Source of the DNA: Bryobacteraceae bacterium
GTDB taxonomy: Bacteria > Acidobacteriota > Terriglobia > Bryobacterales > Bryobacteraceae
Reading direction: 5' to 3'
Assembly: GCA_025928545.1 (NCBI GenBank)
Contig: JAICJH010000025.1
Coordinates: 482-64,481, forward strand
Length of the DNA: 64,000 bases
Shown here: piece by piece, positions 25,558-34,269 of the stretch
Numbering within the stretch: position 1 is the stretch's first letter
Layout: the number at the start of each line of letters is the position of its first letter
Program-made: the position numbers and the translations under genes
The notes under the pieces: generated by a model
Told to the model about the DNA's origin: nothing
The model's input: the letters and a program-made list of their open reading frames with translations, nothing else
The model's database searches: none

Positions 25558-25626
25558 TCAGAGGCCCAGAAGGGTGAAGATGTCGCCGACGCCGCCTGTG
25601 GGGTCGGGATCGCTTTTTACAGTCAT
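25558..25626 (-). CDS. Micro-ORF, 22 aa (MTVKSDPDPTGGVGDIFTLLGL), upstream of the CHAT operon
   Basis: A near-consensus SD GGAAGGAGA ends 5 nt before the ATG (25626). Double stop TGATAA. GC3 is about 70%, like real genes. Hairpins follow at 25537-25555 and 25508-25525. It falls below the ORF-track length cutoff. Confidence 0.45.
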   Translation of the reverse strand: MTVKSDPDPTGGVGDIFTLLGL

Positions 25627-25846
25627 AGGTTCTCCTTCCGCTATCCGTAGTCAAACCGGATCGCAATTCCACTGTGCACTATGGAATTCGAGCTGGATAG
25701 TTAACTTGTTGAATCCATTAAGAAAGAAAGTTGTGACTGAGAAATTGGCTTCGATTGGACTTCGCAAAACCCTATTTGTTTCAACAAACTGCTTTCGCGG
25801 CACCTGTGTTTTGTGTTAAGGTTTCAGTTCCACGCTGTTTTCAGCT

Positions 25847-26287
25847 ATGGCATCCGACACCGGTTCAAGCGGAATTCTCGATCAGAACTACCCATCTACT
25901 CTGGAAAGTGTGGACGTGGTTGAGGCAGATATCCTGAAAGCCGCTGTTGGGGCAGGCTTTGGTGAAGATGAACAGCACGAAATCGGGATGGCGGTGCGTG
26001 AATGCATGGTCAACGCTGTGGTGCATGGGAACCGCTATAACAAGAACAAGCACGTTCACGTAAAGGTGACGAAGTCCGCGGAGGACTTCGAAATTCGGAT
26101 TACGGATCAGGGAGAAGGGTTCGAAACGGAACGCGTGCCGGATCCGCTGGACGAGTCGAATATCCTGCGCCACTCTGGCCGGGGCTTATTCTTAATGGGG
26201 GCCTTTATGGACGATGTAAAGGTCGAGAAAGCTTCTCCTTCGGGAACGGAAGTGACTTTACGCAAGAAAGTTGTGCGCCCGCAATGA
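25847..26287 (+). CDS. RsbW/SpoIIAB-like anti-sigma serine kinase (HATPase_c_2)
   Basis: N-box ECMVNAVVHGN, G1 ITDQGEGF, G2 GRGLFLMGAFMD. 146 aa. Confidence 0.85.
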   Translation: MASDTGSSGILDQNYPSTLESVDVVEADILKAAVGAGFGEDEQHEIGMAVRECMVNAVVHGNRYNKNKHVHVKVTKSAEDFEIRITDQGEGFETERVPDPLDESNILRHSGRGLFLMGAFMDDVKVEKASPSGTEVTLRKKVVRPQ

Positions 26288-26440
26288 CGGAGTATCCTGG
26301 GCTTATGGCGGCTGCTTTATGGCTGCGCCGCGACGGGATTAAGTCCGTGAGGGCGGCGCGATGGGATTGAACTGCCGAAAGGCGGCCTGGAATTTTGACC
26401 GCGGCGCGGTCGAAGCAAATCATGTGAGGAGAAAAGAGTA

Positions 26441-26785
26441 GTGAGCGCTAAACTGAATACCCGCGAAGTAGGTGACGTAACAGTAGTCGATGTTTCCGGC
26501 CGAATCACACTCGGCGAAGGGTCAAGCGCCATGCGCGACACTCTGCGCGAGCTGGTGGCTGCCGGTAAGAAGAAGGTCCTGCTGAATCTGAGCGATGTCA
26601 GTTACATTGACAGTTCCGGCATCGGCGAACTTGTATCGGGGTTTACAACGGTCGCAAATGCGGGCGGAACCCTGAAACTGCTCGGGCTGACGAAGCGCGT
26701 GAAAGATCTGCTGCAGATCACCAAGCTTTATACGGTGTTCGATGTGCACGAAGAAGAAGCGCACGCAGTTCGCAGTTTCGCCTGA
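26441..26785 (+). CDS. STAS-domain anti-sigma-factor antagonist (RsbV/SpoIIAA-like)
   Basis: VLLNLSDVSYIDSSGIGELV (phosphorylatable Ser context DSSG). 114 aa. GTG after GAGGAG. Confidence 0.88.
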   Translation: MSAKLNTREVGDVTVVDVSGRITLGEGSSAMRDTLRELVAAGKKKVLLNLSDVSYIDSSGIGELVSGFTTVANAGGTLKLLGLTKRVKDLLQITKLYTVFDVHEEEAHAVRSFA

Positions 26786-26813
26786 GCACCTGAAATTTTT
26801 GTAAGGATCTGAA

Positions 26814-26848
26814 GCCGGGTTCGCTGCTTGCGGGCCCGGCATTTTGTA
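26814..26848 (+). terminator. Terminator-like hairpin after the STAS gene
   Basis: GCCGGGTTCGC / GCGGGCCCGGC (11 bp including two G-U pairs), then ATTTTGTATT. Confidence 0.55.
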
Positions 26849-26977
26849 TTGGCGCCTGGGTGGTGGGGAAACGACAGAATGGCCGCCGATTCACGCCGAT
26901 GCACGCCGATCAGGCTGTGCCCGATGAACCGTAACCATTTCACGTCTTTCGACGAAGTCTCTGAAAAGGGGTAATGT

Positions 26978-27514
26978 GTGACCCCTTCCCCGGAGATATT
27001 AATGGCCAGGTACCAGCAAGGCGACGCCGCGGCTGCGGGGATGCTGGTGGACGCGCTGAGTCCGCCGATCTTCCGGTTTTTTCTGGGTCAGGTGCGCAGC
27101 CGGGAACTGGCTGACGATCTGCTTCAGGATTTCTGGCTGCGGATTCATACCGCGCGCCACACGTATCGCGCTCCCGAGCCGGTGCTGCCGTGGATGTATG
27201 CGATTGCCCGTCGCGTCCGCATCGACCAGTACCGCAAGTCCCGGAACCGCTCCGGCCGCGAACTCCAGATGGAAAAGCTTCCCGAAGTGGCGGCGCAGGA
27301 AGCCAGTGAAGCAGGCAACGTGGATTTCGAGACGCTGCTCGCCGCTCTGCCTGAAAGTCAGCGGGAAGTGATTGTCATGTTGAAAGTCTCCGGGCTTAGC
27401 GTGGAAGAAGTCGCGAGAGCTACGGGAAGCTCAGCCGGTTCGGTTAAGCAGAAGGCACATCGCGCGTACGAAAAGCTGCGCACGTTGTTGACGGGGGCCG
27501 GGCATGCAGTTTGA
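26978..27514 (+). CDS. ECF-type sigma-70 family factor
   Basis: Region 2 DDLLQDFWLRIHTARHTY ... PWMYAIARRVRIDQYRK. Region 4 REVIVMLKVSGLSVEEVARATGSSAGSVKQKAHRA. Start is GTG 26978 or ATG 27002. Confidence 0.9.
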   Translation: MTPSPEILMARYQQGDAAAAGMLVDALSPPIFRFFLGQVRSRELADDLLQDFWLRIHTARHTYRAPEPVLPWMYAIARRVRIDQYRKSRNRSGRELQMEKLPEVAAQEASEAGNVDFETLLAALPESQREVIVMLKVSGLSVEEVARATGSSAGSVKQKAHRAYEKLRTLLTGAGHAV

Positions 27515-28184
27515 AGTTCCGGAGCGGATTGCCGGCGCTACTCCCGATTCAGCCAGCGTGACCCGGGCTCGTGAAAGGCTCGCGAAATCAGCCGCCCCGG
27601 TGCGGGCATTGCCGTCCGACCTGATGCTGATGCTGACTCTCGCAGGTGTTCTTGATGTGCTGGCGGTGCTTCTTGCCATCCCGGTCGGGTTTGCGGGTCT
27701 GTCGAAAATGACTGCCATGCAGGTTTTGGTGGAGTTTTCCCTGCTCTCACTGTTGGCACTGGTTCTGGCCGGTGTTGCGGTCGCGCAGATGATTCCGGGT
27801 TCGCGGCGGGTTATTTCTCCGCCAGCGGGCGCGCTGATGGCCTGCCTGCTGCTGAGCACTACCGCGGCGCTGCTTTTTCCGGATTTCGCGACGCAGAATT
27901 TCGTGGAACGCGGGATCCCCTGTTTACGCCTCGGCATGATTTGCGCGCTGCCAGGTTCGCTCTGCATTTGGGGGATGATGCGGCGAGGTCTGGTAGTGAA
28001 CTCTTTGCAGGCAGCGACTGCCGGAGGAGCTTTGGCCGGGCTCATGGGCATCGGCGTCCTTGCCCTGCATTGCCCGATCTTCAATGCTGCGCATATTATT
28101 GTCTGGCACGTGGCGGTGCTTGCCGTAACAGCCGCGACCGGTGCTGTTCTCGCACTGGGGCTTTCATACGCCGAGTTGCCATAA
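27504..28184 (+). CDS. Six-TM putative anti-sigma factor, NrsF/DUF1109-like
   Basis: Overlaps the sigma gene stop by 11 nt. About 6 TM helices. Conserved-looking Cys and His (IPCLRLGMICALPGSLC, LALHCPIFNAAHIIVWH), as in DUF1109 proteins paired with ECF sigmas. Confidence 0.6.
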   Translation: MQFEVPERIAGATPDSASVTRARERLAKSAAPVRALPSDLMLMLTLAGVLDVLAVLLAIPVGFAGLSKMTAMQVLVEFSLLSLLALVLAGVAVAQMIPGSRRVISPPAGALMACLLLSTTAALLFPDFATQNFVERGIPCLRLGMICALPGSLCIWGMMRRGLVVNSLQAATAGGALAGLMGIGVLALHCPIFNAAHIIVWHVAVLAVTAATGAVLALGLSYAELP

Positions 28185-28216
28185 GCTCAGGACGAGCCGG
28201 GTGAGAAACTAAACCT

Positions 28217-28819
28217 GTGGCCGTCGATAAGCTCTTGGGAGGTATTTCGCGTTTTCAGAAGCACGTTTACCCAAGACATCAGGACCTTTTCGAGAGGCTG
28301 GCGCTGGGACAGCGACCCGACGCGCTTTTTATTACCTGTGCCGATTCGCGCATCGATCCCTGCCTGCTGACGCAGACGAAACCGGGCGAATTATTCATTT
28401 GCCGCGTGATCGGTAATGTAGTGCCGCCGTATCCGGATGCGATTGGGGGCGTGTCCGCAACGATCGAGTATGCGGTGGGGGTGCTGGAGGTTCCGACTGT
28501 CATCGTTTGCGGCCATACGGATTGCGGTGTGATGAAGGGGGCGCTGAATCCCGATGCGCTGACGGATTATCCGAATGTCACCAACTGGCTTCGCTACACC
28601 GATGTCGCCCAACGCACCGCCGAGCCCACTGCCGAGTTTCTGCTGGAACTGACGGAACACAACGTCGTTGCGCAATTGCGGAATCTGCGAACGCATCCGG
28701 CGGTTGCCGCGCGCCTCAGGAATGGCGATCTGGCGATGTATGGCTGGGTTTATCACATCGGGTCGGGGACAGTTACGGCGTATGACGAGGAGAGCAAGAC
28801 GTTCCTGGCGCCGTCTTAG
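28217..28819 (+). CDS. Beta-class carbonic anhydrase
   Basis: Zinc ligand motifs ITCADSRIDP and VCGHTDCGVMKG. Confidence 0.92.
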   Translation: MAVDKLLGGISRFQKHVYPRHQDLFERLALGQRPDALFITCADSRIDPCLLTQTKPGELFICRVIGNVVPPYPDAIGGVSATIEYAVGVLEVPTVIVCGHTDCGVMKGALNPDALTDYPNVTNWLRYTDVAQRTAEPTAEFLLELTEHNVVAQLRNLRTHPAVAARLRNGDLAMYGWVYHIGSGTVTAYDEESKTFLAPS

Positions 28820-28855
28820 CTGGTTATTGCCCGAACAAACTCCCGATAATAAGGG

Positions 28856-28879
28856 GCGCGGTCAGCGTCCTGGCCGCGC
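28856..28879. terminator. Hairpin between convergent genes (possible bidirectional terminator)
   Basis: GCGCGGTC / GGCCGCGC 8-bp stem (one G-U pair), 8-nt loop. No clear U-tract. Confidence 0.35.
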
Positions 28880-28881
28880 GA

Positions 28882-31800
28882 TCACGCGTTCACAGGTTCC
28901 AGAGTTGCGGCTGGCTGCAGCTTTTCCATATACAGATAGATTGCGGGCGTGATGTAGAGGGTCAGAAACTGCGAGACGACCAGGCCCCCGACGACTGCCA
29001 GGCCAAGGGGTTGACGGGCATCGCCACCTTCACCGTAGCCGAGGGCGATCGGCAGCGTCCCGGCCAGCGCGGCTACCGTCGTCATCATGATGGGACGGAA
29101 GCGCATCAGGCAGCCCTTGAAAATTGCGTCGTGCGGGTTGGTTCCGTGACGCCGTTCCTCAATGGCAAAGTCGATCATCATAATCGCGTTCTTCTTCACT
29201 ACTCCGAACAGCATGATGAGGCCGACGAACGCGTAGAGGTCGAGTTCGCGGTGGAACAGTTTCAGCGTCAGCAGGGCGCCGAAGACCGCGGCGGGCAGGC
29301 CGGAGAGAATCGTGATCGGGTGGATGAAGCTTTCGTACAAAATGCCCAAAACGATATAAATGATCAGTACCGCTACAATCAGCAGCACGGTGAGGTTGCG
29401 GAACGATTCCTCAAACTCCTTCACGGTGCCCTGGAAACTGGGCGTGACCGAAAGCGGCATGCCGATCTTTCGGATGGCCGCATTCACATCTGTCGACGCC
29501 TGTCCGAGCGGGTAGCCCGGCGTCAGGTTGAAGGAAACGGTAGTGGCGGGAAGCTGCCCGAAGTGATTCACGCTCAGCGGACCCACGGTGCGCTTCATGC
29601 TCACCAGCGAATCGATCGGAATCAGCGCTCCCTGCGAGGAACGCACGTACAGCCTGTGCAGGGCGTCCGGCGATCGCTTATAGCGCGGATCGAGTTCGAG
29701 GATCACCTGATATTCATTGGCAGGCTGATAAATCAATGAAACCCGGCGATCGCCGAAGGAGCTTTGCAGCGCATCCTGAATTTGCTGCGGCGTGACACCC
29801 AGCGAGAGCGCGCGGTCGCGATCGATTTCCAACGTTTCCTGCGGACTGGCAATCTGCAGATCGCTCGTCACATCCACAAAGCCGGGGAGTGCGGTCATGG
29901 CCTGCACCAGTTTTGGCGTCCACGTGTAGAGCTGGCTGAGGTCCGGGCTTTGCAGTGTTAACTGATACGCGCTCGCAGTGAATTGGCCGCTGACCGTGAC
30001 CGGCGGCGGATTTTGGGGAAAGGCCAGAATGCCGGGCACCATGAAGAATTTGCCGCGCAATCCGGCGATGGTTTGATCCACCGACAATGCACGTTGCGCG
30101 CGAGGCTTCATCAGCGCGAAGAACCCGCCCTGATTACCACCCATCAGGAAGACGCCTACATCCTGAACGTTCGGATCGTGCCGCGCGATTTCGCTGATCG
30201 CCACTTCATGACGAGCCATGGATTCGTATGAGACATCCTGCCCCGCCATCGTAAAGGCGAAAAAGAAACCGCTGTCCTGGCTGGGGATAAAGCCGGTCGG
30301 CATCTGTTCGAACAGAAAGAAGGTTCCGGCCAGCAGGAGCACAGCGACGCCAACGGTGGCGAGACGGAAACGAAGTGCCATGCGCAGCGTGCGTTCATAG
30401 GCGCTGGTCATCATGTTGAAGCCGCGCTCGAACAGGTTGAACAGCCAGCCGTGGCGCTGGGTGTGATCCATGTGCAGGAAACGGCTTCCCAGCATCGGGG
30501 TGAGGGTCAGCGAAACCAGGCCCGAGATCAGAATCGCCAGAGCGATCGTGACCGAGAACTCGTGCAGCAGCCGACCGACGATTCCGCCCATAAACAGCAC
30601 CGGGATGAACACGGCCACCAGTGAAATCGTCATCGAGATGATAGTGAAGCCGATCTCCTTCGAGGCGAGCACGGCCGCGCGCATGCGGGTTTCGCCCATT
30701 TCCATGTGGCGCACGATGTTTTCGAGCATGACGATGGCGTCATCGACCACGAAGCCCACCGACAGGGTCAGCGCCATGAGAGAGAGGTTGTTCAGACTGT
30801 AGCCCAGCAGATACATGGCGCCGAAGGTCCCGACAATCGATAACGGCACGGCTACGCCTGGAATGATGGTTGCCGAAACATTTCGCAGGAAGACGAAAAT
30901 CACCATGATCACGAGGCCGATGGTCAGCGCGAGGGTGAATTTCACGTCGCCGATTTGCCGCCCGATCTGGCCCGAGGCGTCGTATGCTGTCACCAGCTTC
31001 ACCGCGGGCGGGAGGTTACGCTGCAGGTCGGGCATCAGATCGCGGATTCGCCCGGCCACATCCATCGTGTTCGTGCCGGGCTGTTTTTGAATCGCGAGCA
31101 TAATGCCGCGCGTGCCATCGAACCAGGCCGCGGACTTGTTGTTCTCCACGTCGTCGATGGCGTTGCCGATCTGATCGAGCCGTACCGGCACGCCGGCGCG
31201 GTAACTCACAATCAGGGGACGGTAGGCGGCTGCATCCAGCAGTTGTCCGTTGGATTTGAGGGTGAAGGCCTGGTTCGCGCCCTCGACCCGGCCGGCGGGC
31301 AAATTCGTGTTGCCCTGGGCAATTGCCTGTTGCACCTCGTTGATGCCGACGCCGTATGCAGCCATCTTTTCCGGATCCATCTGGACGCGGACAGCATATT
31401 TCTGCGCACCGTAGACCTGCACGCGGGAGACTCCGGCGAGGGTGGAAATGCGGCGCGCAAGAAGAGTTTCGGCAAATTCGTCGATCGTGTAAAACGGCAA
31501 CGTGGTTGAGGTGAGGGCGAGATAGACGATGGGCTGTTCCGCCGGATTCACCTTCTGATAAGACGGGGGGCTCGGCATCCCGGGCGGCAACTGACCGCCG
31601 GCGCGCGCAATAGCCGCCTGAATATCCTGGGCGGCATCGTCGATCTTGCGGCTCAGATCGAACTGAACCGTGACGGAAGTCGAACCCTGGGTGTTCGCCG
31701 AACTCATCTGCTTCACGCCGGCGATGGTGGAGAATTCGCGTTCGAGCGGGGTGGCCACAGCCGAGGCCATCGTTTCCGGATCGGCGCCGGGCAGGCCCGC

Positions 31801-31944
31801 GCCCACCTGGATGGTAGGGTAATCGACGCTGGGAAGCGCGGCCACGGGCAGCGAGCGATAGCCGAGAACGCCGCCGAGCAGTACGGCCATTGCGGCAAGC
31901 GTCGTCATGACCGGCCGTTCGATGAAAGGGCGGGAAATATTCAT
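28882..31944 (-). CDS. RND efflux transporter permease (AcrB/HAE1-like)
   Basis: MNISRPFIERPVMTTLAAMAVLL start, 12-TM RND architecture, about 1020 aa. ATG 31944 is preferred over the ORF-track start. Confidence 0.95.
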   Translation of the reverse strand: MNISRPFIERPVMTTLAAMAVLLGGVLGYRSLPVAALPSVDYPTIQVGAGLPGADPETMASAVATPLEREFSTIAGVKQMSSANTQGSTSVTVQFDLSRKIDDAAQDIQAAIARAGGQLPPGMPSPPSYQKVNPAEQPIVYLALTSTTLPFYTIDEFAETLLARRISTLAGVSRVQVYGAQKYAVRVQMDPEKMAAYGVGINEVQQAIAQGNTNLPAGRVEGANQAFTLKSNGQLLDAAAYRPLIVSYRAGVPVRLDQIGNAIDDVENNKSAAWFDGTRGIMLAIQKQPGTNTMDVAGRIRDLMPDLQRNLPPAVKLVTAYDASGQIGRQIGDVKFTLALTIGLVIMVIFVFLRNVSATIIPGVAVPLSIVGTFGAMYLLGYSLNNLSLMALTLSVGFVVDDAIVMLENIVRHMEMGETRMRAAVLASKEIGFTIISMTISLVAVFIPVLFMGGIVGRLLHEFSVTIALAILISGLVSLTLTPMLGSRFLHMDHTQRHGWLFNLFERGFNMMTSAYERTLRMALRFRLATVGVAVLLLAGTFFLFEQMPTGFIPSQDSGFFFAFTMAGQDVSYESMARHEVAISEIARHDPNVQDVGVFLMGGNQGGFFALMKPRAQRALSVDQTIAGLRGKFFMVPGILAFPQNPPPVTVSGQFTASAYQLTLQSPDLSQLYTWTPKLVQAMTALPGFVDVTSDLQIASPQETLEIDRDRALSLGVTPQQIQDALQSSFGDRRVSLIYQPANEYQVILELDPRYKRSPDALHRLYVRSSQGALIPIDSLVSMKRTVGPLSVNHFGQLPATTVSFNLTPGYPLGQASTDVNAAIRKIGMPLSVTPSFQGTVKEFEESFRNLTVLLIVAVLIIYIVLGILYESFIHPITILSGLPAAVFGALLTLKLFHRELDLYAFVGLIMLFGVVKKNAIMMIDFAIEERRHGTNPHDAIFKGCLMRFRPIMMTTVAALAGTLPIALGYGEGGDARQPLGLAVVGGLVVSQFLTLYITPAIYLYMEKLQPAATLEPVNA

Positions 31945-31957
31945 GGCGTTGGTTCCG

Positions 31958-33223
31958 TTATTTCTGTCCGCTCGCGCCGGCGGGAGCATTTCCACCAGCG
32001 CCCTGCGTCACCATGACGCGCGCGCCGGGCGCCAGCATCATCTGTCCATCGGTTACCACGATTTCGCCGGGCTGGACGCCGCTCTCAATAATGGCCCGAT
32101 GTTCGAGAGTTCGCGAAACGGACACATTGCGGGCGTCCACGGTCTGATCGGCTTTTACGACATAGACGAAAGTGCCCTTCTGGCCGTTTTGCACCGCCTC
32201 GGCGGGAACCACGGTGGCGCGGCTGTTCGGGTCGAGCATCAGCTTGACGTCCACGAACTGGCCCGGCCACCACTGGCGTTTTGGATTCACCACGGTCGCT
32301 TTCAGATGAATGGTGCCGGTCTGCGTGTCCACAGTGTTATCGATCACCGCCAGTGAGCCGGTTGCTTTTAAAGTGGCGCCGTCGCGGGATTCAATTTCCA
32401 CGGGCAGTTTCCGCGCATTGTTCTCGCGCTGAATAGTGGCCAGATAGCGCTCGGGAGCGTTGAAATTCACGAACAGGGGATCGATGCGATTAATGACGAC
32501 AAGCGCCACATCGTTGACTTTCACCAGATTTCCGGGATGGACGAGCAGATTACCGGTCCGGCCCGCTACAGGCGCTTTAATTTCGCAATACGTGATATCA
32601 AGCTGCGCGCGTGCGACTGCCGCCTGATCCACTTTGAGGGCGGCACGCGATGTTTCGACAGCGGCTTCATCGGCCTGCACGGAGGCCGCGGCAGTTTCCG
32701 AGGCGGTTGCGTACTGTAGCCGCTGTTGTTCAGAAACGAGCTTTTCATTGGCGAGGGCGGTGAAGCGTTTGGCATCCGCGTCGGCCGCCCTGGCCTGAGC
32801 GGCGTCTTTCCGGGCGGCAGCCTGGGCCTGGGAGATCTGCGCCTGGTCGCGTTCCAGCGCAGCCTGGGCCTGGCGCAGGGCATCTTCGTAGGGCCGCTTG
32901 TCGATCTCAAACAGCAATTGGCCCTCGGTCACATCCTGGCCTTCGGTGAATTTAACGGTTTCGATCTGTCCGGCAACCTGCGATTTGATTTCCACTCGCG
33001 AAGACGCCTCAAGAGTGCCGACGACATCCACTTCAAGCGGAGCTGGTTCGAGGGTCGCGACAGCGGTGGTTACCGGCATGGGCGGCATCCCGCCTCCTCC
33101 GCGGCCCGCTGCCGCAGCGGCCGGCTGTTCCGTCTTGCCGGTACAGGAGGACAGAAAAATGGCGGCAGCGACAAAGCATGCCGCAGGCATGGTGTGGGAC
33201 AACTGATAGATTTTCGATTTCAC
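31958..33223 (-). CDS. RND efflux periplasmic adaptor (membrane fusion protein, lipoprotein)
   Basis: Lipobox FLSSC, coiled-coil hairpin (QAQAAARKDAAQARAADADAKR), barrel-sandwich and beta-barrel motifs. Its stop is 13 nt before the pump start. Confidence 0.93.
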   Translation of the reverse strand: MKSKIYQLSHTMPAACFVAAAIFLSSCTGKTEQPAAAAAGRGGGGMPPMPVTTAVATLEPAPLEVDVVGTLEASSRVEIKSQVAGQIETVKFTEGQDVTEGQLLFEIDKRPYEDALRQAQAALERDQAQISQAQAAARKDAAQARAADADAKRFTALANEKLVSEQQRLQYATASETAAASVQADEAAVETSRAALKVDQAAVARAQLDITYCEIKAPVAGRTGNLLVHPGNLVKVNDVALVVINRIDPLFVNFNAPERYLATIQRENNARKLPVEIESRDGATLKATGSLAVIDNTVDTQTGTIHLKATVVNPKRQWWPGQFVDVKLMLDPNSRATVVPAEAVQNGQKGTFVYVVKADQTVDARNVSVSRTLEHRAIIESGVQPGEIVVTDGQMMLAPGARVMVTQGAGGNAPAGASGQK

Positions 33224-33342
33224 GGACGTGTGGATGAATGCAATCCCTGAGATTCAGTTTAGCGCCGGGCCAGGGATTTCGGACCGGAGCTAAACGCGGG
33301 TTCCGGAATTCATGGGCGCGATCTCATATACAATACGTTGTT

Positions 33343-34269
33343 ATGAACCGTGCCGCTATCGCCCTCATTTCCACGATTTTCGCGCCATTGCTTTGCAATG
33401 CCGCGAGCCCGTTTGCGGGGCGATGGGACTTTACGGTGCCGAGCAGCGCCAATTCCAATAATTCTTACTGGCTGGGTGTCACGGATAAAGGCGGTGCTCT
33501 CGAGGTCTGGTTTCAGCCTTCCGGCGGCAATGTGGCGCAGGTGAAAGATTTCAAAGCCGAGGGCACGCACCTCAGTGTGACGGTTACCGCGGCGACGGCT
33601 ACACGGCCAGCGACGGTGTGGGAGCTTGATGCCGCGGGCGGCAAGCTGACAGGCGCCATCAAGACAGGAACGAATTCCATGCCGGTGACCGGCGTTCCGG
33701 CTCCCGAACTCAAACGTGCGGAGCCGAAGATGTGGACTGCTCCGGAGGCGATCTTCAATGGCAAGGATCTGACGGGCTGGCAGCCGATTGGAAACCCCGC
33801 GAACAGCCACTGGATTGTGGCCGATGGTCTGCTCGTTAACGAAGCCAAAGGCGCGAACCTCAAATCGGTGGCGACGTATACGGACTTCAAACTCCACTTC
33901 GAAGTGAATTGCCCCGACGAGTCGAACAGCGGTTTCTACCTTCGAGGCAGATATGAAGTGCAACTGGAATATGCGCCAGCGGGAAGTGAACCGGCCGAGC
34001 GCAGCATGGGTTCCATCTACGGCCGCCTGGCTCCGCCGATGCTGCCGAGGACGCCTGGGCAATGGGAAACTTTCGATGTGATGCTGGTGGGCCGCACGGT
34101 GACGATTTCGCGGAACGGCGTGAAGACAATCGACCATAAGGAAATCGAGGGAATTACAGGCGGTGCGCTGGATGCCAACGAAGGCGAGCCGGGACCGTTT
34201 TATATTCAGGGCGATCACACCGGTGGGTTGAAGTTCCGTAACATCACGGTTTCCGTTCCCCGGAAGTAG
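33343..34269 (+). CDS. DUF1080 (3-keto-disaccharide hydrolase-like) secreted protein
   Basis: Signal peptide MNRAAIALISTIFAPLLCNAA. TDFKLHFEVNCPDESNSGFYLRGRYEVQL and FYIQGDHTGGLKFRNI are typical of DUF1080. Confidence 0.85.
   Translation: MNRAAIALISTIFAPLLCNAASPFAGRWDFTVPSSANSNNSYWLGVTDKGGALEVWFQPSGGNVAQVKDFKAEGTHLSVTVTAATATRPATVWELDAAGGKLTGAIKTGTNSMPVTGVPAPELKRAEPKMWTAPEAIFNGKDLTGWQPIGNPANSHWIVADGLLVNEAKGANLKSVATYTDFKLHFEVNCPDESNSGFYLRGRYEVQLEYAPAGSEPAERSMGSIYGRLAPPMLPRTPGQWETFDVMLVGRTVTISRNGVKTIDHKEIEGITGGALDANEGEPGPFYIQGDHTGGLKFRNITVSVPRK

Noticed and set aside
26925-26965. Possible autoregulated ECF promoter (TGAACC ... CGTCT) and the CACGCCGAT direct repeat (26892-26913) upstream of the second ECF sigma
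   Set aside because: The spacer between the AAC and CGT elements is only ~12-13 nt, against the usual 16-17. There is too little evidence to call a promoter.
28882-33223. RND pump operon lacking an outer-membrane factor gene
   Set aside because: It is common for AcrAB-type pairs to use a TolC-like channel encoded elsewhere. Not unusual.
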